Position numbers and translations under genes: made by a program
Virus record (IMG/VR): IMGVR_UViG_3300046787_000675
Span: 32,001-96,000 of that record
DNA: 64,000 nucleotides
Direction: 5' to 3' (one strand)
DNA from: a virus
In this document: in pieces, positions 61,783 to 64,000 of the stretch
Numbering within the stretch: position 1 is the stretch's first letter
Layout of the letters: each line of letters begins with the position of its first letter
The notes under the pieces: model-generated
Told to the model about the DNA's origin: nothing
The model's database searches: none
Seen by the model: the letters and a program-made list of their open reading frames with translations, nothing else

Positions 61783-63842
61783 TGCGCTAATTCCTCCATA
61801 TCTATTACTTGAGACTTAGCTGCCTCCATTTCCGGAGAGTGCGTAGGAATTATAATGTATAATCCTTTCTCGGCATATGTCCGGGCAATCTTTAGAACTT
61901 CGATAAGTCCGCGTAGTGCTTCATTATCGAGACCTTCTGTAGGCTCGTCCAATACAATAAGAGGGAGATTAGAACCTTTAACCTCGGCAATAGCTAATCT
62001 GTACGCCATTGCCAGTGCCATTTGTTCGCCGCCAGATAATAACCCTGCCCGGAAATCCGGATTAGTGGGTTTGGATGCACGGAACTCGAAATCAGCATCT
62101 ATCCACGCGGTGTAATCTTTACCGAAGTGAGTTAGATAAGCATCGATGATCGCGTTCAATGCGCCTAGAGCAGTCTGCATAACTCTTTTTTGTAAGTTAT
62201 CTTTATGCAATAGTTTTCTGGCATTCTCGAATTTCTCTAAGGTAGTTATTACAGAGCTTCTTTTTTCCTGCTCGGATTTGTACTCTGTCAGTCTCCGTGT
62301 TTCAGCTTTTATCTCTGCATCGATAGCACTAATATTAGAATTTATATTACTTAATTCTGTTCTTAGCTGTTCGATTTGCTGTTTAAATTTAACGGCTGCG
62401 TCTATCTCTTCTGCCGTAGAGAAAGGCTGAGACTGGGCATTGGCAAGGTTGGCTTGAGCAGTAGTCAAAGTATCTTTAAGAGATTGACCATAACTTATAA
62501 GCCTGTTATACTCGCTGGTAGCGGTATAATAAGCTGTCCATTCTTTTTGGATTTCTGCTACTTCTGCTTCATCGAAATTATCGAGACCCTCGTTGATAAG
62601 CGGTTGAATTTGTAACTTGGCAGTATTTAACCTGTTTTTGGCTAAATTGAAATTATTTAGTTTAACCGTGTAAGCACCTACCTTGGAAGTATAATCTGTC
62701 ATCTCTCTATTGTAGCTTAACTTTCTGTCTTCTACCGCTTTCTTTAAGGTGGTAAGCTCGACAGTTATATCTTCTACAGATCTTGTTAAAACATGTGGTC
62801 GTTTACATGTAGGACACACCCCTTCTTTTGCTAACCGGTATAATGCAGTCAAAGAAGAGATTTCCTGATCTTCAGGAAAAGCAGGTTCCGTAGGTTTAAC
62901 CGGGGCTTTTTCCTGTTCGACGCTTTTCCATTTATCCACTTCCGCAGTCTGTGTAGCTACGTCTTTCTGTAGGTGTAAGAATTGTTGTTTCTTCCTTACC
63001 TTATCCAGAGCATCTGTTGCCAATTCTCTCGTAGGGGCGACAGGGGCCGTTAATATATTAGCACAGAAACTATTATACTTAGCTGTAGCGTCGTCGACTT
63101 TAGCCTGTACTAATGCAATACTATGTGCTAATTGAGTTTGTGACGGTTTAGCTAGAATAGCCTCATATGTAGGTGCTGCTTTAGTATGTTCCTCATAACT
63201 GGCTTTATACGCTGTTAGGAGTTCATCTACCTTTACCCTGCTTTCTTGTAGCTGCGCTATTCTTTCCTCAGTCTCTTTAATAGCTACAAGTCTATCAACA
63301 TAATTAGGCAGTTTATTCTGATAATCCAGTAACATACCGCGAAGTTTCTCTGCTCTTTCCGTTTCAAATAGTTGTTGGAAATATGTCATTCTCTCGGAAT
63401 GCGTCATCTCAATAACATCTGTTAATTTCTTTTGAGCAGAAAAACATGTCTTATATAATGTTGAAGCTGACATACCAAGCATTTCAAAAACACGGTCATT
63501 GGCTTCTGATTGCTGTAAAGCCACTTTAGGCTCGATGTTATCTACAGATCTTAACGATACGGCGCTGTTATGTAGATTCCGAATTAATTCGTACTCCCTA
63601 CCGTTATAATTAAAATATAGAGCAGTGTAACCTGAGCTTGCTGTCCAAGCTAATAATTCTTTCTTTATTTGTTTTTTAGGAGGTGTTTCTCCTGTCAAAG
63701 AAAAGTATAACAAGGTATGGGTAAAGTTTGATTTACCGCATCCGTTTTTACCTACTACTATGGTGATACCTGTAGTAAATTCCATTACAGTGTCATAATG
63801 TTGACACCCATTTTTTACCTTAAGTTTTTTTAAGGTTATCAT
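61776..63842 (-). CDS. SbcC/Rad50-like SMC ATPase
   Basis: GKNGCGKS, coiled coils, CPTC zinc hook, LSGGE, VLDEPT, TH. Confidence 0.92.
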   Translation of the reverse strand: MITLKKLKVKNGCQHYDTVMEFTTGITIVVGKNGCGKSNFTHTLLYFSLTGETPPKKQIKKELLAWTASSGYTALYFNYNGREYELIRNLHNSAVSLRSVDNIEPKVALQQSEANDRVFEMLGMSASTLYKTCFSAQKKLTDVIEMTHSERMTYFQQLFETERAEKLRGMLLDYQNKLPNYVDRLVAIKETEERIAQLQESRVKVDELLTAYKASYEEHTKAAPTYEAILAKPSQTQLAHSIALVQAKVDDATAKYNSFCANILTAPVAPTRELATDALDKVRKKQQFLHLQKDVATQTAEVDKWKSVEQEKAPVKPTEPAFPEDQEISSLTALYRLAKEGVCPTCKRPHVLTRSVEDITVELTTLKKAVEDRKLSYNREMTDYTSKVGAYTVKLNNFNLAKNRLNTAKLQIQPLINEGLDNFDEAEVAEIQKEWTAYYTATSEYNRLISYGQSLKDTLTTAQANLANAQSQPFSTAEEIDAAVKFKQQIEQLRTELSNINSNISAIDAEIKAETRRLTEYKSEQEKRSSVITTLEKFENARKLLHKDNLQKRVMQTALGALNAIIDAYLTHFGKDYTAWIDADFEFRASKPTNPDFRAGLLSGGEQMALAMAYRLAIAEVKGSNLPLIVLDEPTEGLDNEALRGLIEVLKIARTYAEKGLYIIIPTHSPEMEAAKSQVIDMEELAQC

Positions 63843-63878
63843 ATTTTCCCTCGCTGAAAAATATCTAGTGTTAGATAT

Positions 63879-64000
63879 TTAAATTATGCATTTTTTGAAT
63901 TCGTCTTCTAGAATATCTAGCGGATTTTGCGCCATCAATAGGGACAACACAAAAGTACAGGTATCCGGATAGGTTTCCCTAAATGCTTCCACCTCCTGTT
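63879..64000 (-). CDS. C-terminus of upstream gene (possibly SbcD/Mre11, by synteny only)
   Basis: Open frame QEVEAFRETYPD...EFKKCII*. Confidence 0.35.
   Translation of the reverse strand, partial: QEVEAFRETYPDTCTFVLSLLMAQNPLDILEDEFKKCII

Noticed and set aside
522-62615. Most short plus-strand ORFs in the track (e.g. 522-704, 3129-3347, 14998-15672, 36211-36750)
   Set aside because: Nearly all are antisense shadows of well-supported minus-strand genes, and none has a recognisable motif.
1-64000. Stop-codon reassignment as seen in some large phages
   Set aside because: Core genes are full length in code 11, and TAA, TAG and TGA all serve as stops.

Overview
The window looks like part of a large, AT-rich tailed-phage genome. 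It uses the standard genetic code and almost all genes lie on the minus strand. No tRNA, rRNA or CRISPR array was seen. The right part (~36-64 kb) is a replication/recombination module: SbcC/Rad50, SF2 helicase, DnaB, primase, PolA, probable SSB, RecA-like, RuvC-like, an HTH initiator with internal iteron-like repeats, Gp88, RdgC-like, UvrD-like and DnaQ. The left part is an accessory region of small genes. Highlight 1: three intergenic 63-nt repeats (799-861, 1774-1836, 2667-2729, minus strand) fit the pistol self-cleaving ribozyme fold with compensatory base changes. They would cut one polycistronic transcript into two-gene cassettes, and they lie downstream of a hairpin-dense noncoding region (3070-3500). 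Highlight 2: an IS607 element encodes a pro-Fanzor-type TnpB (rearranged RuvC), overprinted on a TnpA whose catalytic Ser appears replaced by His. Highlight 3: a second, intact IS607 has a reconstructable empty site, and there is also a solo TnpB. Highlight 4: an array of about 18 divergent small MxN(V/I) paralogs follows a DUF6745-type gene pair. All calls come from motif recognition by eye; no searches were run.
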